Shown: positions 13,192 through 26,843 of the stretch, in pieces
Numbering within the stretch: the stretch's first letter is position 1
Layout: each line of letters starts with the position of its first letter
NCBI GenBank assembly: GCA_964016885.1
Contig: OZ024761.1
Location: 7,812,001-7,876,000, forward strand
Reading direction: 5' to 3'
Length of the DNA stretch: 64,000 bases
Source of the DNA: Eledone cirrhosa
Lineage: Eukaryota
Made by a program: the position numbers and the translations under genes
Notes under the pieces: model-generated
The model's database searches: none
What the model saw: the letters and a program-made list of their open reading frames with translations, nothing else
What the model was told of the DNA's origin: nothing

Positions 13192-13506
13192 AATAAAATA
13201 ACAAGGAAGATTGGTTACTCCTTCATTACGTTTATTGGTTGGTGACGCACGTTTCGCAACTGATCAGCTCAAGGTTCGATCTGTATCGATCTTACCCGAC
13301 TCTGTAATCTGCGGCTTGTCAGACCCCTTGTAATGCTAGTAGAAAATTTTCTACTAGCATTACAAGGGGTCTGACAAGCCGCAGATTATTGAGTCGGATC
13401 AGAGCAACACAGATCGAACCTTGAGCTGATCAGTTGCGAAACGTGCGTCACCAACCAATAAACGTAATGAAGGAGTAACCAATCGTCCTTTTATCTTTTC
13501 ACTATA
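13184..13506. mobile_element. Spacerless palindrome centred at 13346/7 with a degenerate hammerhead in each arm
   Basis: Centre tagtagaaaa|ttttctacta. The arms match except for a short diverged patch, and the left flank is (TA)n. Confidence 0.9.
13368..13452 (+). ncRNA. Hammerhead-like motif with a long stem II and a G8>A core change (mirror at 13241-13325)
   Basis: ggt-CTGACAA-gc...60 nt...gc-GAAA-c(gtgc)g-TC^-acc, then AATAAA. Confidence 0.55.
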
Positions 13507-13711
13507 ATACACTCTGTCTAGCTCTACACCTCGACACTGAAGTGAACCTAAACATCGAGTGCTCACCTGGGTGAACCTACAGTAACTCCAAGATACACTC
13601 CCTGGATATATATATATCAATCTAAACTATAATAAAGTAAGAAACGTGGGTCTGCGTACGGTTTATAGTTTTTTATCCCCTTAGTAAAATAAGTTGGATT
13701 ACTTTGAATAA

Positions 13712-13903
13712 ATAATTGTTTCTACTTTAGGCACAAGGCCAGCAATTACCCAGTGCATTACTTGTACTTTATTTTATCGACCCCGTAAGGATGAAAGGCA
13801 AAGTCAACCTCGGCGGGATTTGAACTCAGATCGTAAAGGGACGTAACTATGCTGGAAAGCATGGCGTCCGACCCTCTACCGATACTGCCAATCCACCGCC
13901 CTT
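13712..13903 (-). mobile_element. tRNA-derived SINE family B, full length
   Basis: Head ggcggtggattggcagtatcgg, B-box gagttcaaatcc, and short aataataatt/aataatgaat flanks. Confidence 0.88.
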
Positions 13904-14488
13904 TGAATAAATAATGAATGAATATTACATAATTTATCCACTAAACTTCGTGGCTGTTCATTAAATATATTTTATTACTTATTTAAAGGTTCACTTCTTT
14001 AAAATTTTCAAATGTCAACTACTTCCGGTGGTGATCGCTTAAATAAAAATATTAATTTTCTGTCACTAATTTTCTCCTAATGTAGTTTATATATAATATC
14101 GTCTTTTTTTAATGTATCATGGATTACGTTACTGATTACATAAGACAGTGTAACACAGTCTCTCTTCAATTTCTGTGTCTATTGTCAATTACGATTTTAT
14201 TTGACGTATGATATCTACATGTATATATACTTGCATATAATATCAATATACACACTACACATGATAGCAGAAAATCACTCAAAGGGTGTTTTTTCTGCTA
14301 GTAATATTAATAAATGGAAGCTATCTTTATAAAACCATATTTATTTTATGATATATATTTCAAGGGTACCCTTCAAAACTTGATCATTTCATTTTTGTGT
14401 AAAGCGTTATTTTCAAATTAGAAATTCAAAGTTTAATTATTTATTTTTCAACATAATAAATATATGAAAATATATTTCAAACTTTGTC

Positions 14489-14842
14489 CTAATGAAGAAC
14501 TTCAGGGTAAACCACATTTCTTGTCTTTCTTTGATTGGCTAAAATCTAGAGATTTATTGTAGTTACAGTCCTTGAAACAGCTACATAAAACATGCCCTGA
14601 CTGAAACATGGGTTTGTCAGATCTATTCTAATAGTTTTGAAAGTTTGACCTTGACTCTTATTGATGCTCATGGCAAAGCATGGCCTCACTGGGAACTGCA
14701 GCCTCTTAAATGTAAAAGGCAACTCGCTATCACTTGGTATAAGTGGAATCCTCGGAATGAGAAGAGCTTGACCTTTGTAAGCCCCGAATATAATGGTTGC
14801 TTCAATCTTGTTACAACACATCTTGTTGGCCAAAATTTTCAC
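14489..14842 (-). pseudogene. Helitron Pif1-like helicase C-terminal fragment
   Basis: LIPRIPLIPSDSELPFTFKRLQFPVRPCFAMSINKSQGQTF...DLTNPCFSQGMFYVAVSR...TRNVVYPEVL. Confidence 0.92.
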
Positions 14843-15202
14843 CTATTAGGGTGTCTTAATATTATTAAAATTTGCTGAAATTTTTGAATAGGCATCATAT
14901 CTTGTCATTTACCTATGGTTTAAATTTCATATAAATCGAAGGGAAAAATTTTGCAGTGGGGGTTTTCAGCAGGAGTCTGTGCCCCCGGGGAACCCTTTGA
15001 TTAAAATGAAATATACTTATCCAAGTACCCTGGGCAATGTAGTTTCAGAATATATATGGTTATGGGGTCTATCTCCAAAACCATAGGAGTTCGTGAACAA
15101 ACAAACAACCAACCAAACAGACAGGAACTACAAGTTTATATATATATATATATAAGTTAAAACAATGAAATAAAAAATCAAGTCATTAGAGATATACTTC
15201 AC

Positions 15203-15257
15203 TGCTTTACGATCGTTTCTAGATGATGATAATACATTGTATCTATACTCAGTAATT
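15203..15257 (-). ncRNA. Degenerate minimal hammerhead
   Basis: Minus strand CTGAGTA-tagat...atcta-GAAA-c(gatc)g-TA. G8 is mutated and stem I is poor. Confidence 0.4.
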
Positions 15258-15867
15258 GATCTATGTAAGGTAAGTTACAAACTATCAGATAAAGAGATCA
15301 TTATAATTTTAATATACTATCTTTCCTAGCCATAACCTTAATTTATATTCACCTTAAAACTCAATACAACACTAATCACCATTTATTTTGACATTCCTTT
15401 TAAACTTTACTATACCAGATACATTCAACTATCAGTTTGACAATCCCTTTCCTCCTAATAGATTTTTATGCCAAATCTACTATTAACACCCTTCAACCAT
15501 TCCTTTCAAAGGGTCATGACCTCAACTAAAGTATATTACTTTTCATCTTAACACCATATGATTGGTTAGTTCTTCAAGAACCTCCAAATAAGGACATGAT
15601 ACTAACATACTACTAATTCTGAATAAAATCATTATTGAATAAAATTATTATTGCTTTTGAAAAGAGCTGGTGATATGCATGTAAGTAAATATTCTCTTTA
15701 TCTGATAGTTTGTAACTAACCTTAAACTGATGAGGAAAACTCCCCCCCCCCCCCCACTGTTCTTGCTTTCTTCTTATTCTCATTCCTAATTTTAAGCCTA
15801 CCTCAACTAGCAACTACACAGCCAACCCCATTCTCCATATATATATATTTACAAAGAATGATATATC

Positions 15868-16120
15868 GTCATCATCATTTTACATCCGTTTTTCCCTGCT
15901 TGCTAGGGTGGGATAGGGACCCCAGTCCCTATCATCTCATTTCTACAGCTGAGTAAACTGGAGCAATGTGAAATAAAGTGTCTTGCTCAAGGAAACAACA
16001 CATCACCCGGTCTGAGAATTGAACTCACAACCTTTCGATTGCAAGGCCAATGCTCTAACCACTAAGCCCAATGCTCTAACCACTAAGCCCAATGCTCTAA
16101 CCACTAAGCCATGTGCCTCC
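15868..16120 (-). mobile_element. tRNA-derived SINE family A with an RTE-like tail
   Basis: A-box TGGCTTAGTGG (22-bp segment triplicated), B-box GAGTTCAATTC, body ttccttgagcaagacactttatttcac, and a (TGA)n tail. Confidence 0.9.
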
Positions 16121-16550
16121 ACACACACACACACACACATATACATATAAATAAATAAAGGAAAACGATGACACACACACGTTCACAGACACACACAGAC
16201 AGGTATTTGCACACACATACACATATACAGACGGACATTTGCACATACACACACACACACACACAGATGGACATTTGCACACACAATTAATTTATGAGAC
16301 AGATACAGCGTGAACTTCATAAAAGATTCTAAAACCTACCGCCCTCACCCCCACACAATGAATGTATGAGACATATCCAACATAAATTTGATAAAAGTCT
16401 CCAAAGTCACCAACCCCCTCCCTCACACACATACACATAAAATTACAACATTTATACAAATACTTACACACACACACGTACACACACATAGACACGCATA
16501 GACACAATACATACGAGCACATACAACTCTTATAAACACACATACAGATA

Positions 16551-19262
16551 GAAGCACTCTACATCCAGACAGGGCTGGTGGTACCATATAGGCAGCTGTC
16601 TATATGGTACCACACAGGCCCTACATATAGAAGCACTCTACATCCAGACAGGGCTTGTGGTACCATATAGGCAGCTGTCTATATGGTACCACAGGCCCTA
16701 CATATAGAAGCACTCTACATCCAGACAGGGCTGGTTGTACTATATAGGCAGCTGTCTATATGGTACCACAGGGCCTACATATAGAAGCACTCTACACCCA
16801 GACAGGGCTGGTGGTACCATATAGGCAGCTGTCTATATGGTACCACAGGCCCTACATATATAAGCACTCTACATCCAGGGCTGGTGGTACTATATAGGCA
16901 GCTGTCTATATGGTACCACAGGCCCTACATATAAAAGCACTCTACATCCAGACAGGGCCTGTGGTACTATATAGGCAGCTGTCTATATGGTACCACAGGC
17001 CCTACATATAGAAGCACTCTACAGCCAGACAGGGCTGGTTGTACTATATAGGCAGCTGTCTATATGGTACCACAGGCCCTACATATAGAAGCACTCTACA
17101 TCCAGACAGGGCTGGTTGTACTATATAGGCAGCTGTCTATATGGTACCACAGGCCCTACATATAAAAGCACTCTACATCCAGACAGGGCTGGTTGTACTA
17201 TATAGGCAGCTGTCTATATGGTACCACAGGCTCTACATATAAAAGCACTCTACAGCCAGACAGGGCTGGTTGTACTATATAGGCAGCTGTCTATATGGTA
17301 CCACAGGCCCTACATATAAAAGCACTCTACATCCAGGGCCGGTGGTGCCATATAGGCAGCTGTCTATATGGTACCACAGGCCCTACATATAGAAGCACTC
17401 TACATCCAGACAGGGCTTGTGGTACCATATAGGCAGCTGTCTATATGGTACCACAGGCCCTACATATAGAAGCACTCTACACCCAGACAGGGCTGGTGGT
17501 ACTATATAGGCAGCTGTCTATATGGTACCACAGGGCCTACATATAGAAGCACTCTACACCCAGACAGGGCTGGTGGTACTATATAGGCAGCTGTCTATAT
17601 GGTACCACAGGCCCTGTCTGGCTGTAGAGTGCTTCTATATGTAGGGCCTATGGTACCATATAGGCAGCTGCCTATATGGTACCACAGGCCCTACATATAG
17701 AAGCACTCTACATCCAGACAGGGCTGGTGGTACTATATAGGCAGCTGTCTATATGGTACCACAGGCCCTACATATAGAAGCACTCTACAGCCAGACAGGG
17801 CCTGTGGTACTATATAGGCAGCTGTCTATATGGTACCACAGGCCCTACATATAGAAGCACTCTACAGCCAGACAGGGCCTGTGGTACTATATAGGCAGCT
17901 GTCTATATGGTACCACAGGCCCTACATATAGAAGCACTCTACAGCCAGACAGGGCTGGTTGTACTATATAGGCAGCTGTCTATATGGTACCACAGGCCCT
18001 ACATATATAAGCACTCTACATCCAGGGCTGGTGGTACTATATAGGCAGCTGTCTATATGGTACCACAGGCCCTACATATAAAAGCACTCTACATCCAGAC
18101 AGGGCTGGTGGTACTATATAGGCAGCTGTCTATATGGTACCACAGGCCCTACATATAGAAGCACTCTACAGCCAGACAGGGCTGGTGGTACTATATAGGC
18201 AGCTGCCTATATGGTACCACAGGCCCTACATATAGAAGCACTCTACAGCCAGACAGGGCTGGTTGTACTATATAGGCAGCTGTCTATATGGTACCACAGG
18301 CCCTACATATAAAAGCACTCTACAGCCAGACAGGGCCTGTGGTACTATATAGGCAGCTGTCTATATGGTACCACAGGCCCTACATATAGAAGCACTCTAC
18401 AGCCAGACAGGGCTGGTGGTACTATATAGGCAGCTGTCTATATGGTACCACAGGCCCTACATATAGAAGCACTCTACATCCAGACAGGGCTGGTTGTACT
18501 ATATAGGCAGCTGTCTATATGGTACCACAGGCCCTACATATAAAAGCACTCTACAGCCAGACAGGGCCTGTGGTACTATATAGGCAGCTGTCTATATGGT
18601 ACCACAGGCCCTACATATAGAAGCACTCTACAGCCAGACAGGGCTGGTTGTACTATATAGGCAGCTGTCTATATGGTACCACAGGCCCTACATATAGAAG
18701 CACTCTACATCCAGACAGGGCTGGTTGTACTATATAGGCAGCTGTCTATATGGTACCACAGGCCCTACATATAAAAGCACTCTACATCCAGGGCCGGTGG
18801 TGCCATATAGGCAGCTGTCTATATGGTACCACAGGCTCTACATATAGAAGCACTCTACAGCCAGACAGGGCTGGTTGTACTATATAGGCAGCTGTCTATA
18901 TAGTACCACTGGCTCTACATATAAAAGCACTCTACAGCCAGACAGGGCCGGTGGTACGATATAGGCTGCTGTCTATATGGTACCACAGGCCCTACATATA
19001 AAAGCACTCTACAGACAGGGCCAGTGGTGCCATATAGGCTGCTGTCTATATGGTACCACAGGCCCTACATATAAAAGCACTCTACAGACAGGGCCAGTGG
19101 TGCCATATAGGCTGCTGTCTATATGGTACCCCCGGCCCTACATATAAAAGCACTCTACAGACAGGGCCAGTGGTGCCATATAGGCTGCTGTCTATATGGT
19201 ACCACCGGCCCTACATATAAAAGCACTCTACAGACAGGGCCAGTGGTGCCATATAGGCTGCT
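16551..19262. repeat. ~77-bp minisatellite (~35 units), each a ~52-bp palindrome plus a constant spacer
   Basis: agggcctgtggtaccatatag-gcagctgt-ctatatggtaccacaggccct + acatatagaagcactctacatccagac. Confidence 0.97.
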
Positions 19263-19980
19263 GTGCTGATTTCGGGGGGGGGGGGGGGCACATCTCTCCA
19301 AATCAACAATTTTGGAAAATAAATAAATAAATTTCAGTTTTATTGAGGGTCGTTGGTTTATTTCATACAGGGTGTTGAGGAGGTCCAAAGGGGGAGCTTG
19401 GGCCTAAGGGGTAGTGGTGGTGGTGGTGGTGGTGGTAAAGAAAATGTTGCTATAACACTGAGGATCCTTCTCACATCTCCAGTATCAGTGGAAAGTGGTG
19501 AGCATAGTTTCTCAAAGCTCAAGCTTATAAAATCTTACATTCACTCTAGAATGTTGCAAGAGAGACTGGCTTGGCAACTATATCAATTGAATATTCTCAG
19601 GCTTCATCACTTGGTTTAGCTGAATTGGTTAAAAACTTTGCTGAGAAAAAGGGACACCAAGTGAGATTTTGAATTGTCTTTCTGTCTGCATTATCCCCTC
19701 AGCCAAATTTGGTTTCAGGTGTATTAGTATTGAGGGTTCAATTGTCTGTTATGTTGTTAGTTTATCACTAATGTCTATCTTTATGTTTGTTTACTCTTGT
19801 CTTAATTTTGCAAATAAAATAGTATCAAATGGTGCTTTTTTAGGGGCTGTCTGGACATTTGAGTTCAGAAAGGTAATCTTTTTAAAATTTATTGTTTATA
19901 AATTTTTAAATTTATAATTTCCTGTGGGGAGAGCTGTCAGAATCTAACCTGGGGTGCCAGATAATCTAGCACTGGCCCTG
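19235..19980 (+). mobile_element. Internally deleted hAT transposon with a C-terminal dimerisation-domain remnant
   Basis: NVAITLRILLTSPVSVESGEHSFSKLKLIKSYIHSRMLQERL at 19442-19567. TIRs are cagggccagtg / cactggccctg. Confidence 0.88.
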
Positions 19981-19999
19981 CACAGATACATACACAACT

Positions 20000-22140
20000 C
20001 TTATACACACACATATACAGCAATTATATATACATACAAATATATACAACAATTATATATACATACAAATATATACAACAATTATATATACATACAAACA
20101 TATACAACAATATATATACATACAAACATATACAACAATATATATACAACAATATATATACATACAAACATATACAACAATATATATACATACAAACATA
20201 TACAAAAATGATATATACATACAAATATATACAACAATATATATACAAACATATACAGCAATTATATATACATACAAATATATACAACAATTATATATAC
20301 ATACAAATATATACAACAATATATATACAACAATATATATACATACAAACATATACAACAATATATATACAACAATATATATACATACAAACATATACAA
20401 CAATATATATACATACAAACATATACAGCAATTATATATACATACAAATATATACAACAATATATATACATACAAACATATACAACAATTATATATACAT
20501 ACAAACATATACAACAATTATATATACATACAAACATATACAACAATTATATATACATACAAACATATACAAAAATTATATATACATACAAACATATACA
20601 ACAATTATATATACATACAAACATATACAACAATTATATATACATACAAACATATACAACAATTATATATACATACATACATACAAACATATACAACAAT
20701 ATATATACATACAAACATATACAACAATATATATACATACAAATATATACAACAATATATATACATACAAACATATACAACAATATATATACATACAAAC
20801 ATATACAACAATATATATACATACAAACATATACAAAAATTATATATACATACAAATATATACAACAATATATATACATACAAACATATACAACAATATA
20901 TATACATACAAACATATACAAAAATTATATATACATACAAATATATACAACAATATATATTCATACAAACATATACAACAATTATATATACATACAAACA
21001 TATACAAAAATTATATATACATACAAATATATACAACAATATATATACATACAAACATATACAAAAATTATATATACATACAAACATATACAAAAATTAT
21101 ATATACATACAAACATATACAAAAATTATATATACATACAAACATATACAACAATATATATACATACAAACATATACAACAATATATATACATACAAACA
21201 TATACAACAATATATATACATACAAACATATACAGCAATTATATATACATACAAATATATACAACAATATATATACATACAAACATATACAACAATATAT
21301 ATACATACAAACGTATACAACAATTATATATACATACAAATATATACAACAATATATATACATACAAACATATACAACAATATATATACATACAAACATA
21401 TACAAAAATGATATATACATACAAATATATACAACAATATATATACAAACATATACAACAATTATATATACATACAAATATATACAACAATATATATACA
21501 TACAAATATATACAACAATTATATATACATACAAATATATACAACAATATATACATACAAACATATACAACAATATATATACATACAAACATATACAACA
21601 ATATATATACATACAAACATATACAAAAATATATATACATACAAACATATACAACAATTATATATACATACATACAAACATATACAACAATATATATACA
21701 TACAAACATATACAACAATATATATACATACAAACGTATACAACAATTATATATACATACAAATATATACAACAATATATATACATACAAACATATACAA
21801 CAATATATATACATACAAACATATACAAAAATTATATATACATACAAATATATACAACAATATATATACATACAAATATATACAACAATTATATATACAT
21901 ACAAATATATACAACAATATATACATACAAACATATACAACAATATATATACATACAAACATATACAACAATATATATACATACAAACATATGCAACAAT
22001 ATATATACATACAAACATATACAACAATATATATACATACAAACATATACAACAATATATATACATACAAACATATACAACAATATATATACATACAAAT
22101 ATATACAACAATTATATATACATACAAACATATACAACAA
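20000..22140. repeat. 28-29-bp minisatellite (tatatatacatacaaacatatacaacaat)n
   Basis: Clear periodicity. The 60-mers at 20161 and 21361 are identical (offset 1200). Confidence 0.96.
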
Positions 22141-22305
22141 ATATATACAATTATATGCACACATATACAACACTTATAAACAGACATACATATACATACA
22201 TACATAACTCTTATACACACATGCAATACATACATACCCTCACATATACACACAACAATTGAGGCTTAAATAAGCTCCAATTCCAGTTTAAGAGACATAA
22301 GGTCT

Positions 22306-23135
22306 GTGGTGATGGTGATAGTGGTGGTGGTGGTGATAGTGGTGGTGGTGATAGTGGTGGTGGTGGTGATAGTGGTGTTGGTGGTGGTAGTGGTGGTGGT
22401 GGTGGTAGTGGTGGTGGTGATGGTGATAGTGGTGGTGGTGGTGGTGGTGGTGGTGGTAGTGGTGGCGGTGGTGATAGTGGTGGTGGTGGTAGTGCTGGTG
22501 ATAGTGGTGGTGGTGGTGGTGCTGGTGATAGTGGTGGTGGTGGTGGTGGTGATAGTGGTGGTGGTAGTGGTGGTGGTGATAGTGGTGGTGGTGGTGATAG
22601 TGGTGGTAGTGGTGGCAGTGGTGGTGGTGGTGGTGATAGTGGTGGTGGTGGTAGTGGTGGTGGTAGTGGTGGCGGTGGTGGTGATAGTAGTGGTGGTGGT
22701 GGTGATAGTGGTGGTGGTGGTGATGGTGGTGGTGATAGTGGTGGTGGTGGTGGTAGTGGTGGCGGTGGTGGTGATAGTGGTAGTGATAGTGGTGGTGGTG
22801 GTGGTGGTGGTGATAGTGGTGGTGGTGGTGGTAGTGGTGGCGGTGGTGGTGGTGGTGATAATGGTGGGGGTGATAGTGGTGGTGGTGATAGTAGTGGTGG
22901 TGGTAGTGCTGGTGATAGTGGTGGTGGTGGTGGTGGTGGTGATAGTGGTGGTGATAGTGGTGGTGCTGGTGGTGATACTGGTGGTGGTGGTAGTGGTGGT
23001 CATAGTGGAGGTGGTGATAGTGGTGGTGGTGGTGGTAGTGGTGGTAGTGATGGTGATAGTGGTGGTGCTGGTGGTGATAGTGGTGGTGGTGATAGTGGTG
23101 GTAGTGGTGGTGGTGATAGTGGTGGTAGTGGTGAG
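22306..23135. repeat. Degenerate (GTG)n trinucleotide repeat
   Basis: gtg runs interrupted by ata/gta/gcg, giving poly-V, poly-T and poly-H pseudo-ORFs. Confidence 0.97.
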
Positions 23136-23361
23136 GGAGCATTGAGTATGGATTATCTTTAGCCAATTAGCAATTAAACATACAATACAAGAAGTAATAA
23201 GTTCAAATGTATGTATGAGTGTATATATGTACATATACATATATGAGTGTATATATGTACATATACATATATATGAGTGTATATATGTACATATACATAT
23301 ATATGTGTATATATGTACATATATGAGTATATATATGTACATATACATATATTTGAGTGTA

Positions 23362-24634
23362 TATAATAATAATAATGAAATATTGTGTACAGTGCTCAGG
23401 TGCACTACAACTCATCAAAAGTGTATGTATAGTACATAGGGTAATGTACAAACATCAGGAAAATGAACAGTGCATGAGTCATGATATACACATGTGTGCA
23501 TGTGTATGGAAGGGGGACATCAGGTGTAGTTTTGGCGTATTTCGGGAAGCATGAGCGTTTTAAAGGATGCAGTGTCTCAGCAGCTAACAACTGACGCAGG
23601 GAGTTTGTTCCATGGAGGTTTTAAAGGATGCAGTGTCTCGGCAGCTAACAACTGATGCAGGGAGTTTGTTCCATGGAGGTTTTAAAAGATGCAGTGTCTC
23701 GGCAGCTAACAACTGACACAGGGAGTTTGTTCCATGGAGGTTTTAAAGGATGCAGTGTCTCGGCAGCTAACAACTGATGCATGCAGTTTGTTCCATGGAG
23801 GTTTTAAAGGATGCAGTGTCTCGACAGCTGAGAACTGACGCAGGCAGTTTGTTCCATGGAGGTTTTAAAGGATGCAGTGTCTCAGCAGCTAACAACTGAC
23901 ACAGGGAGTTTGTTCCATGGAGGTTTTAAAGGATGCAGTGTCTCGGCAGCTAACAACTGATGCATGCAGTTTGTTCCATGGAGGTTTTAAAGGATGCAGT
24001 GTCTCGACAGCTGAGAACTGACGCAGGCAGTTTGTTCCATGGAGGTTTTAAAGGATGCAGTGTCTCAGCAGCTAACAACTGACGCAGGTAGTTTGTTCCA
24101 TGGAGGTTTTAAAGGATGCAGTGCATCGGCAGCTAACAACTGACGCAGGCAGTTTGTTCCATGGAGGTTTTAAAGGATGCAGTGTCTCGACAGCTGAGAA
24201 CTGACGCAGGCAGTTTGTTCCATGGAGGTTTTAAAGGATGCAGTGTCTCAGCAGCTAACAACTGACGCAGGTAGTTTGTTCCATGGAGGTTTTAAAGGAT
24301 GCAGTGCATCGGCAGCTAACAACTGACGCAGGCAGTTTGTTCCATGGAGGTTTTAAAGGATGCAGTGTCTCGACAGCTGAGAACTGACGCAGGCAGTTTG
24401 TTCCATGGAGGTTTTAAAGGATGCAGTGTTTCGACAGCTAACAACTGATGCAGGTAGTTTGTTCCATGGAGGTTTTAAAGGATGCAGTGTCTCGACAGCT
24501 AACAACTGATGCAATCAGTTTGTTCCATGCTTCAGCAACTCTGAGCGTGAAAAAATGTTTACAAAAGTCATGGGAGCTGTGCTGTTTTCTGACTCTGTAG
24601 GCATGTCCACGTGTGTTAGACACATGGAGATCAA
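23362..24634 (-). mobile_element. CR1-group LINE 3' end containing an expanded 61-bp array (~16 units, 23558-24528)
   Basis: TRGHAYRVRKQHSSHDFCKHFFTLRVAEAWNKL is a CR1 C-terminus. The unit occurs once in the 9.3-kb copy. Confidence 0.92.
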
Positions 24635-24914
24635 ATATATCCAATTATATGCACACATATACAACACTTATAAACAGACATACATATACAATTCTTATAC
24701 ATACATACATACATACATAACTCTTATACACACATGCAATACATACATACACACACATATACACACAACATATACATAAATATGAGTGTATATATGTACA
24801 TATACATATATATGAGTGTGTAGTACTTATATTCCAACATTTCCACATATATGAGCAAAATACACTTACATATATTTGAACATATCACTTCTTCTACTGT
24901 GTGTTTAATTGCTT

Positions 24915-24971
<57 letters not shown>

Positions 24972-25765
24972 ATGTCTAAACCCATGCTAGCTTGGAAGAT
25001 AGACGTTAAACGATGATGATGATGATGTGTTATATATATGTATATGGATATATATATATATATATATATATATAACACATATCATCATCATCATCATCAT
25101 CATTAGAAAACCTGGCAGAAACAGTTCTGTACAAGCGAGACATGGTCTCTTGACAATTTTCAAGTGGGACAAAACCACCCAACCCATGTTAGCGTGGAAG
25201 ATGGACCTTAAACAATGATGATGATAATGATATCCCCCTATATAGTTGACGGCTGAAGTAGAGATTAGATATTCATTTCATTAAGGTTCAAAAGTGAGTC
25301 TTGTTACTCTGGAGTTTTGCCTGTTTGTCACAGAATAACAAGACTCAATAACAGGCCCTAATAAAATGAATATATAAAAGCTGAGAATTAGTCTTCATAC
25401 ATTGTTTGAATTAGGTATTAAAACTAAGGTAGCATAAAGATGAAGAAGAAAAATATGTTCAAGGAATCACGAAAACCAAGTTTTTTTCCGTTTTTTATTC
25501 TTTTCATTTCAGGATATTTTATTATAAAATGTGTTCAATTTTGAATGTGAAGAGATAGTTCATGTCAGATGTCATGGGTGAAAATCTGTAAAAAAAAACA
25601 AAAAAAAAAACAAAAAAAAAACAATCGTTAAGATATATGTCTATCTTTCTAACTAGATATATATATAAGTAGTATTCTAGTAATATTGATATATGTTATA
25701 ATGATGGTTATACATGGCCAGCTGCATATCCCAATGGTTGCATAACTGTACCTATGATTGCGTAA

Positions 25766-25816
25766 GAATCTGATGAAGTCACATGCATAACCATGTAACA
25801 GAAGTATATATCATGC
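25766..25816 (+). ncRNA. Degenerate minimal hammerhead
   Basis: gaat-CTGATGA-a-gtcacatg(cataac)catgtaac-a-GAAG-t(atat)a-TC^-atgc-AATAAA. Confidence 0.55.
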
Positions 25817-26176
25817 AATAAAGCAATTATGGTGAACTAATCCTGTCTTAGCTACTCTTATTTGATAAATGAATACTCCGTCACTCCTAATCACCAACTC
25901 TTAGCTGGGATAAACTACTGACGTGAAGTACTTTTGGATCACTAGGACTGGCTTGTCCTCAAGAAGTTACAATACAACAACTACATATAAGCAACTTATC
26001 TTCTGCAATATATATATTGAGAAAGAACGATATAGGGTTCTTTCTTTCTCTATATATACATATATCTTTTACATTTGATTTATTATTGCTCTGAATGATC
26101 TCTATTGAGCTTGTTTGAGAAGCACAAAATTCTAACATATTTGATGTTTCGATTCCTTACATTTGTATATATATAT

Positions 26177-26652
26177 CATCATCATCATCATCATCATTTC
26201 ATTTTACGTCCGCTTTTTCCCTGCTTGCAAGGGTGGGACGGGAACTGATACTGGCTTGATTTCTACAGCTGGATGCCCTTCCTAACACCAACCTCATTTA
26301 CAGTGAGTGCTGGGTGCTTTTTTGCCGTGTCACCTCCACGACCACTTTGCAGTGGAATGATAGGGACCCCAGTCCCTATCATCTCATTTCTACAGCTGGA
26401 TGCCCTTCCTAACGCCAACCTCATTTACAGTGAGTGCTGGGTGCTTTTTTGCCGTGGTACCTCCACGACCACTTTGCAGTGGAATGATAGGGACCCCAGT
26501 CCCTATCATCTCATTTCTACAGCTGAGTAAACTGGAGCAATGTGAAATAAAGTGTTTTGCTCAAGGAAACAACACATCACCCGGTCTGAGAATTGAACTC
26601 ACAACCTTTCGATTGCAAGGCCAATGCTCTAACCACTAAGCCACGTGCCTCC
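26177..26652 (-). mobile_element. SINE family A, full length with an internal ~127-bp duplication
   Basis: tRNA head at 26652. The ggatgcccttcctaac block is present twice. Confidence 0.9.
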
Positions 26653-26813
26653 AGTTTGTATATATAAATGAAGTATTTATAAATGTATATATAAATATAT
26701 ATATAAATGAAGTATTTCCGTAGGAAAGGTACAGGAAAAGAGAGTGCTCTATGTAGGCTACAGAGCTTATTAGTTATGTAATAAACAACAAAATAATTAT
26801 CTTATTTTGTTTA

Positions 26814-26843
26814 CTAGCAGCAATACCCAGCATTGCCTGGGTA
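26814..26843 (-). mobile_element. Helitron-type 3' terminus (hairpin + CTAG|T)
   Basis: Minus strand acccag-gcaatg-ctgggt-attgctg-CTAG-t. Confidence 0.6.

Noticed and set aside
15728-15745. CTGATGA-GGAAAA hammerhead candidate (also CTGATGA near 37606 and 41224)
   Set aside because: There is no stem II, stem III or stem I partner. The 41224 hit is RT coding sequence.
15990-16120. tRNA gene
   Set aside because: The A/B boxes belong to a SINE head, which has no full cloverleaf and is fused to the SINE body.
16551-19262. CRISPR-like array (palindromic repeat plus spacer)
   Set aside because: The spacers are essentially identical, there are no cas genes, the context is eukaryotic, and the unit matches a hAT end.
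20208-23405. Tyr/Ile-rich, poly-Thr (mucin-like) and poly-His ORFs
   Set aside because: These are minisatellite and trinucleotide-repeat translations.
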